Assembly: GCA_051362555.1 (NCBI GenBank) | Contig: CM120642.1 | Span: 2,108,001-2,172,000, forward strand | Direction of reading: 5' to 3' | Length of the DNA: 64,000 nt | Source: Lingula anatina | Lineage: Eukaryota; Animalia; Brachiopoda | Shown: positions 12,301 through 27,300 of the stretch, piece after piece | How the letters are laid out: each line of letters starts with the position of its first letter | Position numbering within the stretch: the first letter of the stretch is position 1 | Program-made: the position numbers and the translations under genes | Notes under the pieces: model-generated | What the model was told of the DNA's origin: nothing | Seen by the model: only the letters and a program-made list of their open reading frames with translations | The model's database searches: none

Positions 12301-15300
12301 GAAAAACCACAAATACAATTAGAATTTAAAGTTACAGAAAACTACCAATTAAGTGCCAGTCTGACAGAGATGTACCACATCCTGGTATGTTACTTTGCAC
12401 AACAATTTTCATCTGACAAGTTCATGAGAAAATAAATACCTTGCTCAATGTTTTTCCACCCTTTTTCGCCGCCTTTCTCTGTTCTTTCTGTAGTCTTTTC
12501 TGTCTCTTTGCCAACTTTCTTGCCTGTCTTCTCAGTTTCTGAATAACAATGAAAATTATTTTAACAAATGTGCTTAAATCACAAAACATCACATAGATGA
12601 CATTAAAAGGAAAATGTCCGTTAAAAAGCAAGGGGGAAAAATAAGAACCAAGTAACGAACAGATAAATACATACCCGTTGTTGATCATTGTGTTTCTCTA
12701 TGTGCTCTTTCAGTGTGTTCTGCAGACTTTCCAACTTCTCCTGGTGTTCTTTGAGAATGTGCTTTGTTGCATTACTTCTGTGAGTTGCTATCAGCTCCTC
12801 ATTATCTGGAATTAATACATCTGAATATAGTCATACTTCTATATCATATACAGAATAATTCCAATTTTAAGACATTGGTTCTGCATTGCAACAATTAAAA
12901 GATAAAAGAACTTTATTATGGAGACATCCATGCATGGTCCTTGAACTTCTACTAAGGTTATGTGACCTCAAAAGGCAGGTTAAGATGACCCCTATCAACT
13001 GGAACCTCAATAGGCTTTATCTGTTCCAAATTAATTTGTTCTAGCACATCTCCCTCTTAACTTTACACATTCACAACAATGAAACATTCTGTTAGCGGAA
13101 GATTTAGGTACGTCACTTCCACAACTCGCACATTGGCCATAATCAAGTTTACTTACTGTAATGTGCTCTAACATATCTGAACAACTAAGGTTCTTTTTTT
13201 TCAAAAGGATAATCAATTACAAAATGAAAATTGAAATTACCAGATTCCCTTGACCTTGATCGTGACCTTGACCTTGGTGAACCAGACCTTGATGACCTTG
13301 ATGAACTACCACCATCTGATTTGGCTACTCCACTACGGATAAAAAACATTTTATGAATATAGATGAGAACTTAGTCTTATATTTCAACAATAAAAAATGA
13401 GATACTGGTAAAATAACTAAAATTAATCTGTAGCATATTACAAGAACTGAATTTTAAGGCAAAATACATTGGTGTTTGTACTTACTGCTAAACATAAACT
13501 GTTTAAGTTCAAAGAATGCAACATTTTCCCCAATAACATATATCGTAAAAACTGAAAAGCTTAAATACTTTAAATCTATCTTCATTAACTTGTGCTCTTT
13601 AAAAACAGACAGATGATAAAGCAGCATTGGTCAAATACAGCCAAAATACTACCACTAACACTGACCCATCATGCATATGTGTTTTGTCATGGGTGCTACG
13701 AGGGGTTGGAATAATCTCAAGATGGACACTAAAACAAAGAAAATAAATGAGTGACTGTGTAACACACTGAGCTACATAACACAGTGATATCAAATACTTG
13801 TGTGGATTTGTGTCAACCTTAAACTCAGGGTATAAAATGTGCAGTGTAAAAATAGTCAAATAATAGTTTAAACACTGAAAGCACCAAACATTAAGTCAAT
13901 GTGCAGGGGCGTAACCAGGCATACGCACGGATGCACTGTGCGTACAATTTTTTGAGCCAACCATGATATTATTCTCCATAAATTCAGTGTAATTTTCACG
14001 GAATATAATTGTACCTGGGAATTTTCAAAATCTGTGCGTACAATTTTAAAAGGTCTGGTTACGCCCCTGATGTGTATATAAAATATATGGAACTAAAAGA
14101 GAATTTATGGGTCTGAAAAGCTGGAGAATTAATTAACTTAAATTAATTAAATTAAAAGTACCTGTCCTCATTCTCATAGCCCACTTCACTGATATACCTA
14201 ACAGCAAAGGCGTATCTGGTCTTACTGATTTTGATGAGATAATTCCTCATACATGTGGCCTGAAGTGAAATAAGAACACAATGAAATAAAGTATATTATA
14301 GCCAGAGGAAATAGATCCTTTGATCTGCTACATAACATCTGAAAAATATGTATTCATTTCATTTCATTTCACTCAGATAAAAAAATTAACATGCCTCCTC
14401 TTGTTTCCATTGAATTCTTATAACTGCAAGCTTTTCCTGTATCTCACTCAATGCTAGGAGGACAGGTGCTAATCTCTTAATCTGACTGTATTCAGTGAGA
14501 GTCCCCATGGAGTTTGATCTCTGTAGACTGATAGATTCAGCTTCAGCAAAACAGGTTTTATTGCCCAAACCAGTGACAGCAGTGCCATGTACATCAATAT
14601 CAAATATCTGATAGAATAGTGACTAAATAATTTTGCTGCTGTACCCACCTCCTGCCCAGTGTAAAGCTGTACATTAAAGTTGTGACTAAATAATTTTGTT
14701 GCACCCTGTACCCACCTCCTGCCCAGTGTAAAGCTGTACAGTAAAGTTGTGACTATATAATTTTGTTGCACCCTGTACCCACCTCCTGCCCAGTGTAAAG
14801 CTGTACAGTAAAGTTGTGACTATATAATTTTGTTGCACCCTGTACCCACCTCCTGCCCAGTGTAAAGCTGTACAGTAAAGTTGTGACTATATAATTTTGT
14901 TGCACCCTGTACCCACCTCCTGCCCAGTGTAAAGCTGTACAGTAAAAAACCTGGCTTGATCCATAGATCTCAGTGGAGTAACCTGTACTATACCAGGGAC
15001 ATAACACTCCCTCTCTGTCTCAGAATTCTTCACCCTGGCTAGAACGTAATCTCCTTCCTGCAAAAGATACAGTATTGTTTGACTGAGGTACATTTTCATT
15101 TAATTAAATCTTATTTCTGAATCAGTTATAATCTCTACAAATCTATGTGTTACAACTGACTAATAATCTTTGCTTCATTTTTTATTTATTCAATGTGTGA
15201 ACTTAATTAATCTTACTTAGACAGCTACTTAATTCATTCAATCATAAAATTTTAGATACAAAAAGATAAGTTCCATTAATATTAAGAATTTCAAACTTTT

Positions 15301-18300
15301 CAAGTTCTCTTTTTTTGCAATAAAAGTTATTTTTTTGATGCTACGTTTCAAACCCTAATGATTTAAGGCCAAAGACTAATATACTTCATTTTTAAAAGCT
15401 CTATTTCCAAAAAGTTAACAACTGAGAGTTCCATGCAAGAACAAGTAATATAAAAATACGAACATACCCTCAAAGGAGGTCTTGACACAGCACCCCCTGT
15501 AGGTATGATAAATCTGGTGGCTATCCTGTGTTTACCGTTGTCATGGAGCTCCACTAGAGCATGCCTGGAGTCTGTACACTTTATCACCATGCCTGTAACA
15601 AAGATAGTTGGGATAAGGAAATTTACCTTTAAAATTAACACGTACCCCATGAGCTGGTCCAAATTTACTAAAACAGTGAAGGCATGCATATCAAGGTCTA
15701 TGTTTTAATATTTGAAAGTAAATCAGCCTGGTAAAAAAGACCTGTAGCCAGTAATTTCTTATCCTGAAATAGTGGGCATTTTACCCCCTCCCCCAGTTGG
15801 TCAAGAAAATTCCCTTTTAAAATACTTCCAAACACAAGCAGTTTGCTTACTTTTTTTCCATTAGAATCCGATTTATAGTGGATATAAAAAATCCAAATCA
15901 AATTTCTCATTCCAAATAACAAATAACTGACAACATGACAGTTTTTCATTTTCTTTTGTCATATATTTTCTAAATTAATCATTTTAAAATTTAGTTCAAG
16001 AATATTGTATTTCTTTCCACCAAGTTAGCCACTCACCAGGATAATAAAGTCCATCTGTTTCTAGCCTGGCTATTACACTTTGTCCACGTAGAGTGTCCAG
16101 TACCTTTCTGACCTTACGCTGTGTGGCCGGACTGGACAATACTTTATCTTTCTCCTTCACACTCTTGGACTGAATAGCCTCACCAAGGCCCTAGAGAAGG
16201 AGCAACGCATTTTGTCAGGATCATTTTTTACTTAAATTTCTTTTTGCTGTAAGGCATTTTTTTTCTCAAATCCGTCTGAAAAATCTACCTTCTTTTCACT
16301 TGTTTCTTGGATTTTTATTTTTGGTCAGGAGTTTCAGTGGTTTTCTTTAGATTGGATGCTAGCCAAGCCTTTAGCTGCATACGTACAGATTACTTTAGGC
16401 TGAACATGAATTTCATTATATCCTTGTGAAACAAAATGAATTTTGGATTGAGATTTTTAATTTTTGAACTTACCAGTATGCTCATAAAATAAAACTGATT
16501 GTTCATTTTTCATTTTACCTATGCTAAACTCCAAATCGGCCCTCAGTTTGCATATTTTCATTATGAATTTCCAGATATCCACACTTTTCTTAAACTAAGT
16601 CATAGAATCTGTTGAATTTCCGTTTGGCCTCAAATTCAATACTGATGCCAATTATTAGAAAAAAAAAGAATAATATCTAGTCAACAATAAAGTACTAGGT
16701 TTCCACCAAAAGCATATACAACAATCAAAGGAAATAATTATCTATTAGTAAATCAAATATGTAATTATGCATTGATATTAGGCTCAACATTTCAATCTTT
16801 AAATCAACAATATCTTATCATAACCTGACAAACTGCATTTGCTCCTTCTCCCTACCAGATATTTATAACACAGAACTTGTTTGGAATTATGGATAATTAA
16901 TGACACAATCAACACAAAGCACATTTCAAATTAATAGATTTTATTGCAGTCAATTTTCAAGCCATTTCATTGATATCATCAATTTGAAGCAGGCAAAACA
17001 AACTGTGATACATTGTCTATGAAAAGTCTGTGAAATGTTTTATAGGATTTTTTTTTCTTTTTAATCAAGTGATCCAATCAGGCCTTCTAAATGGTTTATC
17101 TATGATTACACAAGTCCAATGTTTTCACTCAAATGTGTTATTGCTGTATACAATTATGACAACAGTAAAAAAGTAGAAAAAATGAAAACTAAAGAATGTG
17201 AAAAAATAATTCAATGACAAAATTTACACTTTCTGCAAAAATGTCTCAAATGATCTGAAAAAATACCACAAGGCAAATTAAAAACTTGTGGCATTTAAGC
17301 CCTACCTTACACAAGAGCAACTTAAAAATTTGAGCGAAAATAATAATACTGTGAAGTAAAACAAAACAAAAATGTCAAAGTCAACTGAAGTCCACAGAGT
17401 GAAATCATGTTACAACTGCATAGAGAGTTTTTGATAAACAGTTGCATGAGTCTGTTCTCCATTTTTTCACGGGTTTAGCTTCTAGTTTTCCTGATACTTG
17501 ATTTAATTTGAATCTGAACAGCCATGTGTGCTGAAACAGTTAAACAGATTCAGGTTTGTACAAGTAGAATTCATTAGAGTTCTACAAGTCACATGGTATG
17601 TCACATGGTACAGGTATGTCACATGGTATAAAATATGTTTATCAATGGATGAGGAGATACTGACCAATTATGTTTGTAAAAGTAAAAAATATCACAATTC
17701 AAAATAGAGAACTTGGTACAAAAGTATAGTACTAGTTAAAATGTTTTTTTTTTTTTTTTTGCTTATCATTCTATCAGCTGTGCCACATTATTATTAAAAT
17801 GATAAGAGAAATTTGCAAACTATATATAGACTGCGTCATGGTGAAGTTTATGGCAAATGAATCCCATATATCCAATAGTACAATATGTGTATATACCAGA
17901 TATACATATGACTAGCAAGCCTTGAAGGACCAAATGCAGTTGTCAACCCTAACCCTAAGTATCTGACTAGATAATACATGTGTAGGCATAGACATTCAAA
18001 ATAGAATGGGTTTACAATGCAACCATTTACCACTTACACACTTGAGCAAATTACAGCTGTGGTGAAATTGTTAAAATAAGGATAATCCATTCCAAAAAAG
18101 TTTGTTTGAAATTATACACTGCTGTTTTTAACATTTTACATAGTCTATTCATATGTAATAATTGTGAATCATCAAATCTTTTTCAGTATGAACATTTCTT
18201 TTTCTTATTTTTTTTCTTATTTTTATTTTTTTTTTTTGGAATGGATTATTTTATATTTGCGGTACTACAGATTTAAGAATTCAAAATTAACATGCAATAT

Positions 18301-21300
18301 ATTAAAGTAATATTACAGTTATATGTATCGAATGATATAAAATATTTTATGTTAAAATATATCAAATAATCCTCCACCATAGGTACAAGTTACTCTGATA
18401 TCACAGATAAAATATTTAGGTTACTATAAGCAGTTTAGCAGTTATATTTCATTTCAAGGATAAAGTATTACATGTATCAGTGTGGATTCCTTTTTTATGC
18501 ATTATATATTAAACTATTTCTGATGATGAGAATAAAATATTAAAGATTGGGATCACTTTTCTAGAACTCCCAGCTTCTTTATATCATTTTGTTCAAAATC
18601 AATCAATCATTTTTTTTTCTCTTTAAATTTTCTGTATGAGTAATAAAACAGCATCCAAATAATCAGTGGCTTACTTACAAAAAAATTAAAAATGGGATTT
18701 CACTTGTGTTTTTTTTTTTTAGTTTACAACCCCAAAAAATTAAAGAATGTATACATATTCATCAGCCAAATAAAAATGTCTCAAATGAATTTACGGGAGT
18801 CCTAAAACATTCATATAATTAGACTGATAAATGTGGATTATTATTATAAGAAGCTTAATATGTTTGCAACTAATGGTTAAGATGGCAGCTTCCTCTCTAT
18901 CATGCAGTTCCTTTTACAGTTAATATTAAGAAGTCCTGGTATTTGCGTATCCATTTTCATATATTTTAGTAGTACTAATAGGCGACTAAACTGTTAATCT
19001 GATGCTACATACTTGCTGCAGCCTTAACTAACCTCATAATCTTTACTGCTAGCCACACTGCCCCGGGGTGACTTTGTCTGTGACCCTTTGGGTGACCTTG
19101 ACCCTTTTGATGACTTTGACCCCTTGGATGACATTGACCTTGGACTTGATGCCACACTTGAGGCATCATCATTCTCTGATTCTGATTTTTCTGAGCAGCC
19201 AATGTGGCCATGCTTTTCTGAAGCCTTTCTCAAGCCCTCGGACTGAAGAAGATACTTTCTGCCTTGAGAAATCTCGCCCTCCATGGCTAAGATGTCGCTC
19301 TCTTTCACTGGCCATCCGCACCTCTCCAGAGCTTGTAGCAGTGCCAGCTTGTTGTCCTCAAATGATATGGGTTCAGTGCTGCCAAATCTGGGTGAAGAGA
19401 GGAGTAGAGAGTGAACTCACTGGGTAGAGTATTATTATTTACTATGTATGTATCTTTTGCATCAGCATGTGTGAACTACTTAATAAGATTTTATCAATAT
19501 TTTCTTTGAAAAATGACAGAGGATTTTCATTCAACAAAATCCTGTCCAAAATAACCACAAGTTTACTACAAACTTACGCAATACCATACAAATCAAATCA
19601 GAGTGAAAGTTAAGAGACATTTCAAATACTGAAAATAATTATTGCCATAAACTTTCTGGGTGCTTTTACTGCCAATACAAACACTGCAAATATATTTTTG
19701 TTATCAGTATATCACATAAAATAACATAGTCAACTAATAATAATACTAGTAAACATTTATCATGCAAATGGTAGTTTAATATAAGGCATGAAATCAACTT
19801 ACTGTTCCTTTTCAGTGGCAGGCAACGCTTTCCAAACCATCGCATCAAGACGTCTGAAATAGAGTTTAATAAAGTGGTAAGAATTTCTAGACAAAACCTT
19901 GTAACTAAAAATTTTAACATAAGATTTTTTAAAAAGTTTGTATGTACAGAGCATCTTCATACACAAACTGTTCTTGCTCTTGAGCTTTTACTTACATCTC
20001 AGGGTGCAAAAATAATTTTTCTAATTTTTCAAAATCTAAACTAATATACTGTAACAATCTTCCTTTCATTTTAAAAATCAAATATTTTCAAAAATCAACA
20101 AATATTTAATGAATTTTTGGTCTTGAAAACAAACCAAATTTTATTTGAAAGAGTTTTCTTACTTTTTATATTTTTCAACAGCAGCAGACACTTTATTTTC
20201 ATATGCCTTGAGATCAATAGAGTCTGGGTTCACCAAGTGAATGTGTCTTCTGTTGGAAACATGAGCAAATGGCATGGACTGGAAGCAAGTAATAATATTA
20301 ATAATAATAAATTTAAGTTTAAGTATAAAATATGTATAAAATTCTGGTATTATCAACAACTAATCTCCAGAGAAAAATAATAAAAAGTTCAAATACACCA
20401 TTTCAGTGAAAAATGTTTGAAAATTGCTACAATTAAAAATTCCTTAGTAAAGCAAAGCCAGTCCATAATATCAGAAAATGTATTAGGCAAGAAAAAATAC
20501 AATGTGCAATTAAATACACTTACATCATCAAAAACTTTCGACAGTGCGTAGGCGTCTAGGACAGGGATATGTTTTGCGTTCTGCTCTATCATGGTGGGCG
20601 CCAGAGCATCAAGGATGGTCAGTTTCTTAGCCAGTAAACCATTGTGCTTCAGCCACATCTTAGCAGACATGTTGTTTGGGCTAGAAGTGGAAAGCAATAT
20701 TTGAAAGTTTGGAAATATGTAATCATATTCCTTAAGAGACTTTGTGTTATTTATTGCAACAGAAAAAAAATTATCAGACTCATAAATATCCATTTGGAAT
20801 GATTTGTTCTAAATATATGATGTATCATTTTTTGAAGATTTTTTAAAATACTTACTTTGATAACCTCTTTTTTCTTTTCTTTTCAATTACAACTTTTCCC
20901 TCAACCTCTGTAAAGATTTTAACAAATTATTTTCTGATGACAAAAAATTCAGTTGCTGACAATATTTTCCATGTATAAAACATAACAATGTTAAAACATA
21001 TTTTTCAAAATTAATCCCAGTCAAGCAATCAAACTAAATATTTAATTTCAATTTCTATGTCACAATGCATCTTTAAAAATAATACTTATTGAGCAGTTTT
21101 CATACTGTGAAATAAAAAACAATATATATGGTAATATTGGTTAATACTGCATGATCACTGACCTTCTTCCAGTCTCTTAGCCTGTTTATCAAACAGTTCT
21201 CTGGTTTCAGGGAGCAGCCACTCATTGGAGGAGAACCTGGCACTGCTACTCAGGGTACGGAGAAGACTAGTTCTGGTATGACCTGTGGAGAGAATAGGTC

Positions 21301-24300
21301 CAACTAGTAGGTATGTATTTATTACAAATGGCATAGCATGTACATACTGCAACTTAAATCTAAAGACTCCCTGTATGTAAGCATATTTCATATTAAGGAC
21401 AATTTAAGAACTGGTTAAATATAAAATCTTGTTTGGTAAATTTTAAGTAATTCAATAATGTCGATCATTCTGTACATGCATTTGAATATATTTCATTAAT
21501 ACATTTTATGAATAGGTCTTAATTTATTTGACAAATTTACAACAACTAAAAAAATTTAGGTTAAGTCTTATAACATAAAACATTTCTTTCTGTACAGTTC
21601 CCTTGAACTCATTATAATTTTATATAAAGAACCTATCATGTACCCTAACCCACCTGCAACCAAAGGTCTTCTGGCACTGGCAGGCCGCGGGCAGCTCACT
21701 GTACGATGTCTAGCTGACCGTCCTCCGGCCCCTGCTGACTGGGGTCTATACCCTGTGGCCGAGGACGGGCGTGGCGGTGGGGTGGGGGTACTGTGGCTGG
21801 TAGATCTATACCCTGTGGCACTCTTGGGTCTGTTAGATCCAGGTGACCTGTATAGCTCGGAGGGGTTGAGAGCCGGGACAGTGGACACGCGATCTGTGGA
21901 GGATAACTTGTGGTTTCTGCTGCAGGAGCGGACATTTTCTTTCTTCCAGGCTAAGGCGGCGCACTCATCTCTGAGATCTGCTATCTTTTGTAGGTTTTCT
22001 TTACCCAGCTCTAGTTCTTCTCTCAGGAGTCGAATGTCTTCACTCTGAATGGCAGGAAATAATGAAGGATAAATATAATTAACATCTCTTCCATTTACTC
22101 ATTGTCACTTTGGGTTCAATATATCAATAACCCCCCTCTCCATCCAACCAAAAAGGATAAATAAATAAATAAATTTAAACTTAAAAAGACAGAATATAGC
22201 AGTCTAGATCTTTTACTAATTTACTACAAACAGCATGGGATATTACAGGTCACTTCATACAAGTACAACTGTGCTCCAGAAATCTGATCAAACTTTAACC
22301 AATTTGAAATTTATATCACTAGACCATCAGATCACAAAGAGATCCCAGTGGACCCCAGAGGTACACCTACCTCCCATGGTGAGGGGTTATCTGGGTCCTG
22401 ACCGTGTTCAGAGTAGTAGTGGTAGCGCCCCCCAGTGTCCTTGGCCAGCTGACACAGGAACTGGTTGGCCTCCTTATCTGAGCAGTTGAACGAGATGGTG
22501 TGCAGCGGCACGGCGTGCTGGAGCTGGACCTGTGCCAGAATTGACCTTGGTGGCTGAGGAGGAAGGGAAAATATTCAAACTATTAATTAAATCAGCTGAT
22601 AAAAATAAGGCACTATTTTTGTCACAATCTGAATGGTAAAGTGGCAGGTGCCAGTTCACTAGTCTTCAGTTCACTAATTCAAACAGTGCTATTTAAGTCT
22701 GTCATTATCCAAAGTCTGATCCTATTATAATCATCATGTCTATATAAATAAATACCTGATCTGGCCTGCCATCAGTTAACAAGTACACAGCCTGTGTGGC
22801 ATGGTCTGCCAGAGCAAACTGTAGTGCAGCCAGTGTGTTAGTTGAGCCGACACATTCCAGGTTCTTGATCCATGTCCAGGCTGCCTGCAGGTTCTTCTCA
22901 TTCACCTCCACACACCTGTCCTTCCAGGGGCTGATCTTACTGTTAAAACTGACTAGATTGAACTTCTGTTTGTGTCTCAACTGCTCCTGTAAATTCATAA
23001 AAAAAGAGTTTGAGGTTTGAATTTTCAAAGGTTCAAATTTTTCTGAATCGATCACTTAAATAAAAGCCTACAGTTATGTTTCAACATATTAAGATTTTTT
23101 CTATTTAAAACTCTGCAAAAATATTTAAAAACACCATGTAAATCTTAGCCCAAAAATTAACAGCTATCCATTATAGATTAAATTCCTTGCTTTAAATATT
23201 TTTTTAGCTGTGGGTGAAGGGGGAGGTCAAGCATTTCTGCACACAAGAAGGATAAAAGAATTTGGAAAAAAAAAAAAGAAACAACATGGACATTTTTCAT
23301 TACTTATCCTACCTGCATCAGTACAAAGAGTTTATCCTTCACAAACTGTATGCTAGGAGCCATGGAACCAGAGGTGTCTATCAGGATGTAGATCTGGTCC
23401 TCAATCACTGTACCAAATAGTTCCCTACTTCCCTGCTGCAGCCAGTCAATCCTGGAATACATGCAAATCCAGGTCAGCAAATAGTTTTATAATGGATGCT
23501 GGGAGAATAGGGCACAACAACAGAACAACAACAAACGAAGCAAATAATTCTTGGCTGTAAGTTCAGATGTCAAAAGAAATGTTTGACTATCAGGACAACA
23601 ATGGTTTGTTGACATTGATATCAAGTCAAGAGCGGTTGTTGATACAGATGTTACGAATCCAAAGGCATGCAGAAACTGAAATAAAGAGGCAAGAACATAT
23701 CTTCTGCAAACCACCCAAGCTGGAAACAGATACAAAACAGAAAATGAAATCATAAAAAATCAAAGATTTATAAGAATGGAATATGAGGAATGCATTTTCC
23801 TGTATTAAAAAAGAAAATAAAATAAATCCTTTCTGCTAGATCTCTGGGTAAGAAAACATCAAAAGGCATCAAGTTTTAGCCACTGCACAGCCTCACCTGC
23901 CCCCTCCGCCACTGGAAAACACAGGCATTTCATCAAATACAAACATGTGTTGTCTGCTTTTATCATATCTACTCATACAGTTCATTAATTTTGATATTTA
24001 TCACATTTTAGACAGTTGGAAAAGAAAAACATCAGAATAAAATGAATGCATCAAAATTAATCCCTAAACAAATTAAAATGTAAATAACCAACTCTGTTTA
24101 TAAAACAAAACAGTTCAGGTGATATCTCAGCTATACCTACTTCACGGAATCATCACACTATTTTTAACACTTGATAATCATTCCCAAGAGCAACAAATAA
24201 ATAAAAAGATTACCTTTGCTGCAGACTGTCTAGCACCACGTTCACGCGGCGTTCGTAACTCCTGTGCACCTCAGGCGTCACCTGCACGTGAACTACTTTC

Positions 24301-27300
24301 CCGTTCTTCCACTTCACATGAGCAAATTTATCACAGTATCTTGCATTGATGAGCTTAGGCTGGACTCTCTGGTATAAGAAATGATAAAAATTATCATCCA
24401 GCATTTCTTTACAATATAAAAGAAAAAAGATCATACAATTTGTGTGATGATAATGTTAATATTAATAGTAAAATGAATTAGTTTTGGAATGTGCATTTAT
24501 GAAAAGCTATGTTTTACAAATTACACAAATTGTTCCTAAAATGGATAAGAAAAGCCCAAATGTGGTTTGACCAGTAAAACGGAATAATCAGAAAAAAAAA
24601 CAGAACTTACAGCATCTGTCTGAAAGTCATGATAATCTGGTTTCTGGTTCAGATCCACCACGCCATCACAGTGTTTAAATGCCACTCCCCCCAAAATGTC
24701 ATAGAACCCAAGCTTCTTAGCCTTCAGTCCATTCATTTCTAGCCATTCTTTAGAACTCATGTACTGCTCACTCTTCTCCTTGGGGGGAGGAGGAGGGTAG
24801 TCAACAGCTTTTCTTCCTGAAAAACAGCCGATACACTTTATATTATGAGGAAAAATACAATTTTGCTTTAGACACACTTTTATGTTTTATTTGCCAAATT
24901 ATGACGTTATGAAACTGATAAAAATAAATGATCTAATACATTTAAAAATGTATGTTTATTAAAGAAAATTATTGGAAACATTATTTATCAATTTTAGTAA
25001 TGTAGATGATCACACAAAGGTAGATTATCATATACTACACAGCAGTACAGTAACATATGTGAAAGAAAATAGCATAAAGCTGAAAGTAAAATAAAATACA
25101 ATCTGAAAATAGAAAGTTGAGTTACCCTTTAAGTTTAGAGTAAAGAGAAAAACTACAAGTCAAAAGATTAGTAGGTGCAAGGGAACGGAGCTGGAGGAGG
25201 CATATAAAAGAGCAGGAAACTTAAACTTTAAAGTGGCATTAACTTGTGGGATAAAAATATATAGTTGTGCTGAAAATATAAGGAGAACTTATAGATATGA
25301 ATAAAAGCATCTCATAGTCAGAGTAGAATAGTTACAGAGCTAATTGCAGATAAATTATCATTATTAATGCTAGGATCAGTTCAAGCAGTATTTCAAATAT
25401 CTTGAAGCAATAAAATTTCATTTTTTTTTCCAAGAAAAAAAAAAAGGGAAAATCAAGTGTTATGGGCAAGTGATGCTTCTGATTTTAAAATGTTTCTGTG
25501 AAAAAGGCAAGAAACTGTCAGAAAAAAAGCTGCATGTCATTGTTATAGTAAATTTAAAAAAATGATAAACTAAGAACAGGTCATGCAGTGAAGGTGAGGT
25601 CATTGCTAGAGATCACAACTAGAGGTCATCACTAGAGGTCACAACAAGAGGTCACCACTAGGGGGCAGTAAAGTCACCTCTTGTATCTGTCATGGAGCTC
25701 TGTCTGGTCATCAGTGGTTTCCTGGGGACATAGCCACCCCGGGAGGAGAGAGCAGTGTCACTTTTTGTCCTCTCTGTTTAATAAAAAATCACACAATGGG
25801 AAAAACGCTGCACTATATGTCACTGTTGAAAACTAGGTAAACTATGTGTTTTCTTGCACCTGATATCTTTATTACAGACTTCCACTTAGATGTTTAGTTT
25901 TCAATCACATGCATTTTAATTTGTTAAAAACTCATTACTACACAGCTACTATAAGCAATCCATCACCAAATCAATGCACAAAACATCACATCAAAATATC
26001 CCATTAAAAACAAAAGGTACTGTCCTTGTATAGAATAATTATGTAGGTGTTATATATTTGGTTTTGATTTTTTGTTATAACCAAAGAGTTAAAAAATTAG
26101 GTTATTCCAATCACCAAGATCTGATTATGCCAGCACAAAATCACGTCCACTTTAGTGAATTCATTCTAAACTAAACATACCAGTAAAACTCAAACAATGG
26201 TAAGAAAAATCATTAGTAGCTTATTCTAATTACCTATCATTTTCTGGTCAGGCATGTCTTCTATCAGTGCCTGGATCTGGCTGAGTGTGTTCCTAGCCTC
26301 CTCCAGCTCCTCAAAGACTTTGATGACATCCTCCCGGACCCCTGCCCCCTGGGGGACTCCCCCAAATGTCTTCCTCTTCAGGACAATATTGGCACGATTG
26401 GTGTTGGGGTCCACAGGTACGCCCTCATAGGCATCCATCTCCATGATAACTCCATAGGCATGGAACCTGGGTACACATGGAAAATATTCGTAGTAATAGG
26501 TTGATACAATTCAATTATTTGTCTTAAAATGTTGACTTTCTATTTTCGTAGTGATAAAATAACTGTCAGAAGATTATTTGTTCATTTATATGAAAACTTG
26601 CCATACGTCCTTCTTTTATAATGTCATTGCTTTTATGCATAAGGACATAAATAAATCAATTGATTTTCTTTAATTCATAAAAATACTTAATAATAAAATC
26701 CTCATTTAATAAATAGCATATATCATGATTAGTCATATTAAGTTTGATTATTCATGACTTGACTATTACTTACTTTCCTCCAGTGACTTCACAGAGTTGT
26801 TTGAGAAAGCCCACTGTTTCCACACTGGTAGCATTGTATGAGGCCACATGTAGAGGAAGAGGGCCACCATGGAGCTAAAATTAAATTTATTCTAATTTTG
26901 TATATCTTTACACATCAGAAATTACCAGCACAAAACAAAACCTTATACATATACACATATCCCAGATGTTTTATAGATATTCAATACAGATAAGAAACTT
27001 TAGATTTTACTTTTCACTAAGAAATTTCTTTATAAAGGCAGTGATAAACCTTTATATAATTTTACTCTGTTATTTTATTATACTTGGTAGCAGTCATAAT
27101 TTGCAATGTATCGTGCATAAATTTTCTAATAAAAATAATTTGAAGATGTAGTTGCTGAACTAAAAAAAACAAAGGAAAAGATAAATAAAAAAACTTAATG
27201 TGGAAAATGTGGATTGAAAAAAAAAGACAAGAAAAGCAAGGTAGGGTTAGAAACAGAAATATTACAAAAAGGTGATGTGTGGATCTATTTCAACTATGAT

